The translations under genes and the position numbers were made by a program. Below are positions 1-11,232 of a DNA stretch of 33,847 bases, one piece after another. Source of the stretch: Catajapyx aquilonaris (Eukaryota). How positions within the stretch are numbered: the stretch's first letter is position 1; each line of letters begins with the position of its first letter. The stretch covers positions 1 to 33,847 of the forward strand of contig JYFJ02004220.1 of assembly GCA_000934665.2 (NCBI GenBank), written 5' to 3'. Under the pieces are notes generated by a model that saw nothing but the letters and a program-made list of their open reading frames with translations, made no database searches and was not told the DNA's origin.

Positions 1-379
1 ACAACACTGGTGAATAAGATCGTATAGTGTCCAGGCGTGATCCTGAGGCCATCTATGTGACCCTCCTCTCATACATACGCAGTGGAACCTCTCAAATGCA
101 AAACGAGGTGGCGCAGATGGGTTTGTTTCGTGCCTACTCCAATTTTTTGTCACTCTGCTTGATTGACAAAAATTATCGGTATGTAGCCTTGGCACCTCTG
201 AAAAAAGCCATACACAAGCACATAGCATGAATTTTGAGAAACACACGAGTATAAACATCCTTCAGCAACAGCTATTCAAAAGGCGCGAGGGGGAAATGTT
301 CCCTACAGCCACACGAAGGCCGGCGTTGAAGTGCGCAGACTCCCGGCAACTGATTGTTTATTTATTTTAAAACTATTGA

Positions 380-709
380 ATCATCTTTTGCACTAATTTT
401 AGGGTGGAATCTCTTGAGGAGGTTTGGGGGCAACTAGGTATGCCAAAAATTTGCCGGTCAAGGTCGGATTTTTTTTTTTCGAAGTTTTTTTTTCAGAGGC
501 AGCAAAAAGATGATTTCTTTCAAGTTAATTTGGTTAATCCGGTTTATTTATGCACGATTTTGTGGTCCAAAACGCGCCATTTTTTACGCGACAGAAAATT
601 AAAAAAGCCACACAGAAACCACGTTACATAGTGGGAAAACGCTATAGTTTCGCCAGCAGAATTTTTTAAAGCCACTGTCACAGCATGTGTGACGCCCGTC
701 TTATTAGGG
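380..709. mobile_element. Right end of a possible piggyBac-like non-autonomous element (left end not found)
   Basis: Ends ...gtcacagcatgtgtgacgcccgtcttattaGGG|TTAA (707-713), the same terminus type as other TTAA elements here. No partner TIR seen and the start coordinate is approximate. Confidence 0.3.
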
Positions 710-787
710 TTAATAATAATAATTATTATTCTTATTATTAAAACTGCCATCTTTCTCCTTCCCTGCCCACATTTGCATGGTATGTTT

Positions 788-1169
788 CAGCCCCCGGTCA
801 CTTGCCCTCTTTTTGCGTGAGCTTACCTGATGCCCCCCACCGAGGGGGATTGGCCACGGTTGGCGCTTGAGTCATTTGCATAAATGGTCACGCCTTACCT
901 AGCAGGGCAATTCTGAACCATTAGGGTCGACTCCGATTGGCTGGCCTCCTTGGGCCACAACATGGCGCTCCACATGAGGCCTTTAAGACTCCAGCCAATC
1001 GAAGTCGACCCTAATGGTTCAGAATTGCCCCGCCAGGTAAGGTGTGACCATCTATGGGATTCTATGCAAATGACTCTAGCGCCGACCGTGGCCAATCCCC
1101 CTCGGTGGGAGATATTAGCTAAGTTCACGGGGGTAGCAATGTACTGGTATAGGAAGTGACTGGGGGCTG
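788..1169. mobile_element. Foldback/MITE-like long inverted repeat
   Basis: Arms about 817-945 and 990-1128 are reverse complements (gggcaattctgaaccattagggtcgact / agtcgaccctaatggttcagaattgccc). Outer pair cagcccccggtcactt / aagtgactgggggctg. No clear TSD. Confidence 0.75.
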
Positions 1170-1867
1170 GTATGGCTTGTGCACATATACATAGTACATG
1201 ACTGGCACATGTGATTAACCCCTTCGCTACCAGATACGCCCAAACCATGTAGATTTTCAGTTAATTAATACTTCGAAGATACGCACACGATATTTGACAA
1301 ATTATTAATAACAGCTATACTTACCACGTTCAGGAAAAACACTATGAATGTGTCTGGAATAATTTTCTTGTCTAGAAGTCCCTAAATTAAAGCCCTAAAA
1401 ACTGGAAATCCAAGTACTACTGTCCAACTGTTAGGCTGTTTAAATTATGAAATGCATTATAATATGTGGAATAACAACCTTGAGAACCATGACAGATGAA
1501 TTTGCTTTGATTGTCGCTCTTTGCCAAATATAAATAAATACTTATTTGTGGCTGTCTTGCACTTCACGAGAAGCAAATAACTTCTGGAGTTTTTGGAAGT
1601 GTCAGAAGCTGCAAGTAAGTATTAATTTATATCTCGCAAAGTACGACGATCAAAGCAAATTCGTCTGGCATGGTTCTCAAGGTTGTTATTCCGCATATTA
1701 TAAAGCATTTCATAATTTAATCAGCATAACAGTTGGCCGGCAGTACTCGGATTTCCAGTTTTTATAGCCTTTTTTTGGAAATTAATTTAGGGACTTGTAG
1801 ACGAGTAAAATTGTTCCAGACACATTCATAGTGTTTTCCCTGAACGTGGTGAGTATAGCTGTTATTA

Positions 1868-2157
1868 CCGAAGCAGTAGTGGTGTAGTGGTATGGTGTCC
1901 GACTGCTAATCGGGAGGTCCTGGGTTCGAATCCCGGAGGCCGGCGACCCTGATCATGGTTTTCTGTGGTTTCCCATGGTCATCGCAGGATAATTCCGGGG
2001 TCGTTACCGTAATTATAGGCCACAGCCGCTTCCTTCCTTACCTATCCTTGCCTCAATTCCGATGAAAAGTATAGTAAAAATGGAAAGAGTTCCTGACAAA
2101 GAAATTGGGAGAAATCCCCCCCTAATAAAGCCTAAAGGGCTGATAATGGGGTATCAA

Positions 2158-2218
<61 letters not shown>

Positions 2219-2222
2219 TTAT
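1868..2222 (+). mobile_element. tRNA-derived SINE, full length
   Basis: A box (tggtgtagtgg), B box (ggttcgaatcc), core ggttttctgtggtttccc, 3' stem-loop and (ATT)n tail. Perfect 14-bp TSD tatagctgttatta at 1854-1867 and 2223-2236. Confidence 0.9.
2158..2222 (+). repeat. (ATT)n microsatellite forming the SINE tail
   Basis: About 20 ATT units; explains the poly-Ile ORF 2062-2259. Confidence 0.95.
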
Positions 2223-3153
2223 TATAGCTGTTATTATTTGCAAAATATCGTGTCCGTAACTTCGGAGTATGCGTAAGTCAAAATCTACGTGGTTCGGGCC
2301 TATCTGGTAGCGAAGGGGTTAATAATCTGTCATTTCAAGCAAACATTGCTTTCTGACCAAATCTCATTTAAATTTGCTTACACATGCATGTGCATTAAAG
2401 GCATAATTCTGGGAGTCATCTGCTATCGCTTTTAAATAATAGCCAAAAATGTTTCAAGAAATCAGGCTCTATTGCGGTAAGGTGTGGTCCTTTAAAAATG
2501 TTGCCATGGGATGTTACCAAACACCTTGTCTAATTTCACTTGCATAAATTTCCATACAAGTTACTTTTCTCTTATTAACTAATTTTTTGTACCTAATTCC
2601 ACTAATTTTGTGACTTAAGATATTTGCACGCAGATCCAGAAATGTCGATTCTGATGTACACCCCTCATGCAGTGAGTTGCATTTATTTGGGTCCTTTTAG
2701 TTATCTCATGTTTTGCCCCAAGTTCCCATTTTTGTGCAGCTCTTTGTGCCTTGAACGAGTTGCTTAATTATATCCAGGCTGGTCGAATATAGCAGCTGCT
2801 CTAGAGCGGTAACCTCAATCGTATGGTACAGCTTAAGGTCTTATGTGGGCCTGCCTTGTTTCAGTACTTTCATTCAGCCGCGGAGGTCTTACTACCCTTT
2901 TATCACTGACGGGAATGTTTTTGCTCTTATTATTATTAGATGCAGTAGTGGGGCAGAGTTGTCTGGAAACACTGAAAATCTGCTGAAGTGTTGGCCAGTT
3001 CTGAAGTCAATCGGAAGCATCTGGAAGGAATTTTTTGAACCTACTTACCTACACCCTTGGACCTACACCTGAATCTGCTCAGTGTGGAAGTTAGTGGTAA
3101 GTACGACCACTATCATTTCTATTCCCATATATCATATGCAAATCCATTACTTA

Positions 3154-3363
3154 GGCCCCTGCCACACTAGACGAAATTTTCGCGACGGAAATTCCGCTAA
3201 AAAGAAAATCAACACATTGTAGTAAACGGGATTCCGTCGGACGGAAAAACCGTCGTGTGTGTCACCTCCCGGCCGAATCCCGTTTACTTCCACGTGTTTG
3301 ATATTTTGAGCGGAATGCGACGGAATTTCAGTCGCGGAAATTTCGTCTAGTGTGGCAGGGGCC
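3154..3363. mobile_element. PIF/Harbinger (Tourist-like) MITE, 210 bp
   Basis: TIR ggcccctgccacactagacgaaattt / aaatttcgtctagtgtggcaggggcc; TTA TSD at 3151-3153 and 3364-3366. Confidence 0.9.
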
Positions 3364-3895
3364 TTAAATACTGTAATTGTTGAATAAGAGGACATCCAAC
3401 ATCATAGTTTCTAAGGGCCTTGTCATCACTTATATCCATTTCATCATCATCCTGTCCATTATACCCTCTACGTGGCCTGACCAGTCACTGGAGGATCCAT
3501 TGTAATGGTCGTATGTGATTACCAGGTGAATGTACCTGGTCATTGCTGGCAACCACATTTCGGGAAAATGCCGTGATTGTGTGTGTGTAGATGCAGTCAA
3601 GAATTCTGAATACGCCATTCTTAGGAGAATTAGGTATATATGTAACCCCAACTAAAACAAATATACAAATTCATAGTTATGTTCGAAAATGGTGACCATT
3701 TGAGACATGCTGCAAGTCATCATACCCAGTTGACCCTACACTACTGTACACTAAGCATCACACAAGCTTGTTCCCAATATTCTAGCCCCATACTTGTGCA
3801 CCACTGTTCATAGCAAACATGAATGTACCAGAAAAACCGCACTGTCATTCTAAACCGGCATAGCGAAAAATCACCTGTAATACCGTGGAATACTA

Positions 3896-4066
<171 letters not shown>

Positions 4067-4499
4067 CTAGTCCGCTGCCCTCTTCAGCGGGAAGCTGGAA
4101 CCAGAAGCAGAACCGGAAGTCACCTAGTAAACCATCCGACTCATCATCCGTCGCTTTTAATTTACTTTTACCTGCATGTAAACACTCTATTTACACATTT
4201 AAAATTTCGATTTATAAACTTTCATATTAAATATTTACTGTGTCTTTATTTCCAATAAGTTGTTAATAGTCTAACGGTGTAATTAGCTTTCTATATTAGC
4301 TTGTTACTAAAAATACGGAGCACTTGTTAGCTCTATTTCCCAGTACACACCCATGCCAAGAGTAGTTTAATTGCTAGAGTGCTGCAGTCCTATCCCCGCC
4401 TTGTTGATCGCTTATGGGGGGGCGGGCGAGGGGTGAGGGGCGGGTTGCGGGTTGGTGGGGGGCTACTTACCACCACTGCCGATGAGGACGCGACGGTCG

Positions 4500-4569
4500 T
4501 ATAAAATCGAATAATCGGTTCGTAATAAATCGATATATCGATTTAACCGATACGATATGCCCATCTCTA
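4500..4569. mobile_element. hAT-like MITE end fragment
   Basis: Clustered atcga/ccgat subterminal motifs ending in gcccatctcta (reverse complement TAGAGATGGGC). Other end not identified. Confidence 0.4.
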
Positions 4570-4917
4570 TTCGAAATTCGAATCTCAGCAATTCTGAAGA
4601 AATTGAGTGTGCTGTTCCAGGCTGTCACAAGACGAATGCTCAAAATCCCGAGTTAACTTTCTTCAGAGTGCCTTCTGATGCCAAGAGGTAATAAGTGGAG
4701 TGTATGGGACTATCACAACTGCCCATTTTTCTGCCACATAGCTTGTAGCACTTTCTGGATGTAGTGTAGCATTGATAGTCACCATTATTACTAAGTTATA
4801 TCTTACAGGTGTGATGAATGGCTGAATGCAGCTGAGTACAGTGCCCTACTGCAACACCAGGGGTCATCCATTCAAGTGCACAAGAATGAATGCAAAATGA
4901 ATGTAATGAATGTATGA
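4557..4917 (+). pseudogene. Truncated, spliced THAP zinc-finger remnant, probably transposon-derived
   Basis: Exon to 4687 encodes CAVPGCHKTNAQNPELTFFRVPSDAKR. GT-AG intron 4688-4808, then CDEWLNAAEY. This matches the THAP CxxxxC...FFxxP...R...W pattern but the CxxHF half is missing; stop at 4915-4917. Confidence 0.6.
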
Positions 4918-5518
4918 ACTTATTTGGGTTTCGATAATATTTTGTAAGGGCAGTAAAACACTACATGTTTCTTTCAAATACACAACGGAAAAATAAACCA
5001 GGTTTAATTTTCAACTATTGTCATTCCTATTTCCCATTCGCCGATTCACACCTTTCAGAGCACGCAGCAGAGCCAAGCAGAGCAAAATGGATAAAGGGGT
5101 ACCGTATTCTATGGAACGTGTTTCAGAGTATCGTAATTTACTGTTGGCACTGCATACGGGATTGGTATCATTGGAGCGAAGGTAGCGACGCCATCCGCAG
5201 TGGTGAGAAGTATAATGCCCCTGAAAACGGGTTTTACGCCAAGTGACACACTCTAGCAATTAGACTACTCTTGCCCATGCACTATGCACACCGGTGCACA
5301 CACCTATTAGTATTTTGAGCAAATTTTCTACCATGTTCCTTTGGTTCCTTTGTGAACTGTTCTGAGCTAGTTGAGTATTCGCGTTATTTAGCTCAAACTA
5401 ACCGCTATGCTACGAAATTAACCGACTTGACTGTAGCAACATGGCTGTGTTTTAATCTGACCCTGAATTTGACTATAAAGAAAATACATACAAAATCCTT
5501 GCATTATTGCCTTGAGGA

Positions 5519-5803
5519 AAGATGGCGCCAACTGACCTAGTCAGTTTGACCGCCCCGATGAATTTGCGATAAAAAATTGCAATTTCAGAGGTTGGCTAAA
5601 GGGGGCGGAGACCGGAGACCTTATCAGTCGAATGTGAATGACGTTTTTTTAAATAAGACCCTTTAGGGGAGTGACACGTGTTACCGTGGAGGCGACGTAT
5701 TATCGGCTGCTATTTACATCACCTCAATACTGGAGGTTGATGTTAATATGTACGGCGTCAGGGCGTCCAGGTTGACAAATGACACAGCGTGTCTCACTAG
5801 AAG
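5519..5803 (+). promoter_or_regulatory. Probable Ero1L promoter and non-coding first exon
   Basis: CpG-rich. YY1/Pho-type AAGATGGCG at 5519, GC box near 5602, Inr-like TCAGT, strong donor AAG|GTGAGT at 5803/5804. A matching acceptor ttttcctaaag ends at 8701, 14 nt before the ATG. Confidence 0.55.
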
Positions 5804-8715
5804 GTGAGTACAAGACCAAGTGTGTGTAGTTGTAGTTGCAGTGCAGCAGGTGCAGGTCAGCTTGTGGTCAAGTGACGTCACTATTGTTGCATTAAATAGT
5901 GAGCGAAATCTGACTGGGATTTAGGCATGCTGATATTTAACAGAGTATTTAGACACAATTTAGTGACCTGGAGGTTAATGAAGGGTTACTCATGCAGTGG
6001 GAATGTGAACAGGTGATGCCATATGTTAGTCCAGATTTTATCTATGCAGCAGCTGGTGTTAGAAATCCAGCAATATGTGATTGACAATGAAGAAATTCAG
6101 GCGTTAGTACTTGCTATTACTGTATCTGTATGTCCATTTTAGCCCATTTATTTATATATATTTTTGGCAGATTTATATTGCTCTAATTGCGCATGTGACA
6201 CTCATTTCATGTCTTTCCAGTGCCATGTCCTGTTCAAAATGAAATTTCAGCATTTTATACAAGCATACATGAGATTTTACACAGCAGTCATCATTTGGGC
6301 ATATTTTGTTGAATAATAACGCTACATTTCCAAAATGCTAAGAAATTATTAGAAGCAGTAGAACTAGGCCTATCTTGATTGTCGGATATCAAGACTGAAA
6401 ATATATTTTACTTTCAATATTTTATTCTGCATTTACGGCATTTTTCGACCCTCCTAGGATATTTCCATTTGGTTTTTAAATTTAAATAAGTACTATCTCT
6501 CAAAAATATGAGACGATTTTTATTGAAACCAAATGCAAAATCGTCGTCATCTTTTTGAGCACCTAAAGTACGTAGAGTATTTAAAAGATTATTGATACCG
6601 CACAAATTCGTCTGGATACAATCACATTGTAAGTAGCATCAAAACAATGCCACAGGAGGAGTAAGTCTGGCAGAGTCTACAAGTAATGGTTTCCTGGAGT
6701 GGGCCTTATTGCTTTAAAAGATGAAGAAGATTTTTATATACTTAAAATAATAATCTGTTAATTCCAAGGGCTTGACCCAATGGGTTGACCCCCAAGAAAT
6801 AGTCTTATATCTTGTGGTGACCATTCTGACTGGGGTATATTCCCGTGGGTTGTTTACCCCCGAACTACGATGTAAACAATGAGCGGGGCTCGTCACCGCA
6901 ATTTTTAAGACTGATTTGGTAATGGGGGAAGTCAATTAAAGTTATTGTGAAATTCTGCAACGTGTGTTTTGTGTGTGTGTGTGGGGGGGGGNGAATTCAC
7001 AAACAGAAGTATGCGACCTTGTTTATGTCGCCATTGGTGGCAGTGCGAAATGCACGTTCCTGATTGGTCCGTCAGACTCCACCGTGCAGTCATCCGTATG
7101 ACGTCCGCTGAATGTACTTTACGTCATTTTAACCAGATATTGACATTTTAAAATCGGACAGCCAACATTTTCGTACTTTACGAGAGGAAATCAGGGAGAT
7201 TTATTGGGTATTATTTTCATGAGATGTTTGCTTGCGAAAAAATACGATAAAATTACATTGCATCCTCCTGTAAACACTGTGACATTGCATAAATAAACAA
7301 TATTGGAAAATTATCCTGGAGTTAACTCTCACCCTACTGAAGTGGTAAGGGCTGGGATGTAGAATGAATAAAATAAAATTTAAAAAATATGATGACACGA
7401 ATGACATGAGTAGCAGAGTAGGCAAAAAGGGCCCCTTATGCAATAGATATCTACTACATGAGCTGCCGATAAACAGTGAAGTCAGCTATCTTAGTAATCA
7501 TGGTTCCATACTTGCACAGTGCACTGTATCGCACTTATCATGTTCTTACACTATACCCATGAAATGACATTGATGAAATAAAATCAAATAGAAAATGAAA
7601 ACTATAACATTTTCGATAAATGTTTAATGTTATTATGTTATATGGAAGTGTACGTGTGATGTGATTATTCACTCGTGAAAGATTACAAAACCTGAGATGC
7701 ATGAATTGCATTCGTAATATTGCATGACTGATTTGGGTAGATTGCATGATCTGCTAAGTGCTCATGAGTATTGATGAATATAATTTATTGTATATCAGGA
7801 CAGCATATGCTCAAGAATGTAAAACAAAAGTGAGGAACTAGAGTCAGAGAGTTGAAACAATAGCTTTATTCTACACATGACGTTGACCATATAATTTACC
7901 TCACGCAACATGTGGTTTGAATACTGACATGCAATCACTGTAATGATGCAACCTTTGTTTTCTGAAGCATTTATATTAGTCATAGTTTGTGGGCTCATTT
8001 AATGCCATGCGGCCTAAAGTTTTGTTTGTGATGTGCACATGTGCTTCTATTCTTGACTAGAGCAGTAGAGATGATAATTGGAATCGAGAGATTTGGGTGA
8101 TTTGGATGATTTTTGGCATTTTAAAACTCCTGCCAGTGACAGTGTCCCACATTTGAATAGGACAAGGCCTTCTCCCTGATCCTTTTTAAATCCCCTCACC
8201 ATAATAGCAACCCCTGGCCATTTTTAGAAAAAATATCATTTGTAAACACCCCACTATATTAAATTTACATTATTAGGCTGGATTGTATCAATAGCTCTAA
8301 AGTTTTGAGCGTTACCATTGTTACTAATTGTGTGGTAAACAATCAATGTTGAAAATGTAGACTGTTGGAATGCAGACATTTATAAATAATTCCAGCCTAA
8401 ATGTGCCAATTTCTGACGATGTTTTTAAAAATTTCAACGTTCAAATTTGACATCACAGACCATCCCTTCCATGTCATGATGCATAACATTGATTTTAATC
8501 CCTCCTACCTATGTCAGCTTGATGTCATATTTGGACGCCCCATTCGTCGAAGTACCCACCCTACTCAAACATCTGTTTCTGCAAAATTAATGAAGGCCAA
8601 TCCAAGATAACGATTGCATGTATAACGACAGCCTGTTGCTAAGAAGCCAACTGTTTAAATATTTATATTCCATTGATTGTCACTTGTTCATTTTCCTAAA
8701 GGTTTTCCAACTAAG

Positions 8716-9338
8716 ATGAGGGTGCTGAGAATACTTCCAGTGCTCTTGCTGGTGCCAGCAGTAATACCAGATGACAGCTCATCCTGCTTCTGCGAGCTTC
8801 AAGGAAAGGTCGATGACTGCACCTGCCATGTTGACACAGTGGACCACTTCAACAATGCAAAGGTCTACCCCAGACTTTCAAGTCTGTTGTTGTCGGACTA
8901 TTTCCGCTTCTATCATGTGAATCTTTATCGTCCATGCCCATTTTGGGAAGATGACAGCAAATGTGCATTGAGATCGTGCCATGTTCAGTCATGCCCAGAC
9001 GAACAGGTTCCTTTCCCAATTAAGGCATCACAGTTCACACCTATTAGTGAGCATAGCAATCCATCATACAAATATAGTAAGGATGCCCAGTCTGAGCATG
9101 ACTGCAATGACGAGCTGGGCTTCCTGAACACCACTATAAGTGAGTCCACCTACGAGGAATTTGAGAAGTGGAAAGCCCATGATGATGCTAGGGATGATAG
9201 TTTTTGTGAGCCAGAAGATGAGCTGGCAGCAGAAATGGCGTATGTAGACCTGCTGCTGAACCCGGAGAGGTACACGGGTTACAAGGGACCATCGGCACAT
9301 CGTATTTGGAACAGCATTTATCAGGAGAACTGTTTCAA
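8716..9338 (+). CDS. Ero1L: Ero1-like ER oxidoreductin, coding exon 1
   Basis: Signal peptide MRVLRILPVLLLVPAVIP, CFC..DDCTC, CPFW..CALRSC (outer CxxxxC), YVDLLLNPERYTGY, IWNSIYQENCF. Donor AA|gtaaga. Confidence 0.96.
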
Positions 9339-9457
9339 GTAAGACATGCTTGAATGTGTTCCTGGAATAATTTGATTTTAGATTGATGTGTGATTGATTC
9401 CATGTAGTTCCTCATTGGCATCTTACTTATGGAAGTGGTTACTCTTAGATATGGATA

Positions 9458-9631
9458 CAGTGAAACCTGTGTATAGCAAGCATTGCATGGGACCAATTTT
9501 TCTTCCCATAGTAGATAGGTTTCTGCTGTATCCATCAAAAATGCATTGCATGTCCTATGCCTATTCCCAGAAATAATTCCACAATAGACAAGTTTCCACT
9601 AGAATCAGGGGCCATTACGGACAAGTTCACT
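9458..9631. mobile_element. Degenerate pogo/Tigger-like MITE
   Basis: Starts TA|CAGTGAAACCTGTGTA; decayed right end ggacaagttcact. Confidence 0.45.
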
Positions 9632-9797
9632 CATAATTTTGGGGCTGTGGAAGGGTGTATATGATCGCTGTTTATGATAGACCATTAAAATTGCATGGTT
9701 AAATTTACAGCTCTGGTTACATGCAGTGAACCTAACTGTCTATTCAGATCTCTCACATCACACCTGTAAGGAAATGGATGTAGTCTAGCTTGCTTAA

Positions 9798-10081
9798 CCC
9801 TTAACTAGTGACCTGGAAAATCCTAACACTCACGGTGACCTGGGTTGTGTAAAGACCCGAGGGGATTTTTAAAATATAAATTGCCTTTAATGATAAATAT
9901 TTGCTTTTTAATTCTTTTACACAACACCTGCAACTGTTTTCTACAATTTGGTTTAATTTTCAACTCTCTAGCTGCCGTAGAACGGAATTTAAAAAAATCA
10001 TATACCCAACTACAATTAAACATTTTATAACAAAAAAATTGCACCTGGGGTGTTGAAAGACCCCAGGTCACCAGTTAAGTG
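9798..10081. mobile_element. piggyBac-like MITE in an Ero1L intron
   Basis: TTAA at 9794-9797 and 10082-10085; TIR cccttaactagtgacctgg / ccaggtcaccagttaagtg. Confidence 0.8.
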
Positions 10082-10359
10082 TTAACACGAACTAAATGTA
10101 AAAACTAGTAAGCTCCCATATGCCACCAGCTCCGGCTCAGTGTAGTTGTTCATGTTTTAAGCAGTAGCCAGTAGGTGATGACAAATGTACACTAACACAT
10201 TTCATCCAGCTCATCACCTGTTACCTTGTTTCTAAATGCTTGCCCATAGGCCAGTATGGATTAGCTACTGACCACCTTGATTGTGCCCCAAAAGCGTCCT
10301 GGAATGTTTATGTTGAATCCTTGAGCCATGATGTGTAACTAACAGTTCATTATTTTCAG

Positions 10360-10406
10360 ACCTCAGCGAGGGTTTGGCCCTTACCTTGACTCTTCCAATG
10401 TCGGAG
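10360..10406 (+). CDS. Ero1L: Ero1L coding exon 2 (47 nt)
   Basis: Acceptor tattttcag, donor G|gtaagt. Encodes (K)PQRGFGPYLDSSNVG and is needed to bridge phase 2 to phase 1. Confidence 0.88.
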
Positions 10407-10472
10407 GTAAGTCTAAACTGCTTGTGCTGTATGTGAGAGTGCAAGTCTAAACTTATCCCGTTGTTGCTTCAG

Positions 10473-10487
10473 GGAAATTTGGTGAAG
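10473..10487 (+). CDS. Ero1L: Candidate 15-nt symmetric microexon of Ero1L (GKFGE)
   Basis: ttgttgcttcag|GGAAATTTGGTGAAG|gtgagc; phase 1-1, no stop, flanking introns 66 and 84 nt. Confidence 0.55.
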
Positions 10488-10571
10488 GTGAGCATGACAA
10501 TACCTCTGTTCTTCGTTGCATGCCTGCGCTGTTTGATGACGCCTCCCTGACACAGTATTTGGGTTTTTTAG

Positions 10572-11232
10572 ACATGTGCCTGGAAAAACGGGTGTTCTAC
10601 CGTGCCATATCTGGCATGCACGCCAGCATAAACATCCATCTGTGCGCTGAATACTTCACGCCTGGAAAGTCAAATCCCCTTGGATTGGATACATCTGAAG
10701 CAGAGAAGGGCAGCTGGGGGATGAATTTGACTGAGCTAAAGCGGCGGTTTGGACCTGAGAGCACAAATGGTGAAGGTCCACAATGGCTGCGAAACCTGTA
10801 CTTCCTATTCATGCTTGAGCTACGTGCACTTGCAAAAGCAGCACCGTATCTGAAGCGTGAGTTGTACTTCACATCAGAGGCTGAATCAGGCAACGTACGT
10901 GAGGCAGTTGAGGACTTGCTGAATGTAGCAACATCCTTTCCACACCACTTCAACGAGAGCACCATGTTCTCCTCACATGGGCGTAACCAGGAAGACTGGA
11001 AGCTGAAGGAAGAGTTCCGCATGCATTTCCGCAACATTTCCCGCATCATGGACTGCGTGGGATGCGATAAGTGCAAATTGTGGGGCAAGTTGCAGGTCCA
11101 GGGTCTGGGAACAGCCCTGAAGATTCTTTTCTCTGGAGAAAGCACCAGCAGGATGCCAAGAGGCCCGTCACTTCCTGTGAAGTTTCAATTGCGCAGAAAT
11201 GAGATTGTAGCCTTGTTCAACTCCATAGGGAG
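10572..11232 (+). CDS. Ero1L: Ero1L coding exon 3
   Basis: Acceptor ttttttag. Encodes MCLEKRVFYRAISGMHASI and FRNISRIMDCVGCDKCKLWGKLQ (CxxCxxC). Donor AG|gtatgt. Confidence 0.96.

Larger units (their letters stand above)
1219..2318. mobile_element. piggyBac-like non-autonomous element with long TIRs, interrupted by a SINE
   Basis: TTAA at 1215-1218 and 2319-2322. Termini CCCCTTCGCTACCAGATA / TATCTGGTAGCGAAGGGG. Inner IR arms 1306-1390 and 1782-1867. Confidence 0.85.

Noticed and set aside
1870..1945. tRNA gene
   Set aside because: A and B boxes are present but continue into a SINE body with tail and TSD; no proper acceptor stem or T-run terminator.
2062..2259. Poly-Ile membrane peptide ORF
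   Set aside because: Translation of the (ATT)n SINE tail.
6992..6992. Isolated N bases (also 18335 and 21338)
   Set aside because: In or near G/C homopolymers; assembly ambiguity.
8273..8400. Short ttaggctgga / tccagcctaa inverted repeat
   Set aside because: Only a 10-bp match and no clean TSD; possibly a decayed mariner MITE but not supportable.
8677..8715. N-terminal extension of Ero1L in the ORF track
   Set aside because: Non-ATG start spanning the acceptor at 8701; the ATG at 8716 begins the signal peptide.
10175..10271. Intronic C/D snoRNA (GTGATGA...CTGA)
   Set aside because: The C box is sequestered by a local hairpin with tcatcacct, and I could not recognise a terminal stem or rRNA guide.
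10520..10571. Separate gene start MPALFDD
   Set aside because: Intronic read-through upstream of the acceptor at 10571.
10597..11145. 182-aa antisense ORF (and antisense ORFs over GLYR1 exons)
   Set aside because: Shadows of the real coding exons.
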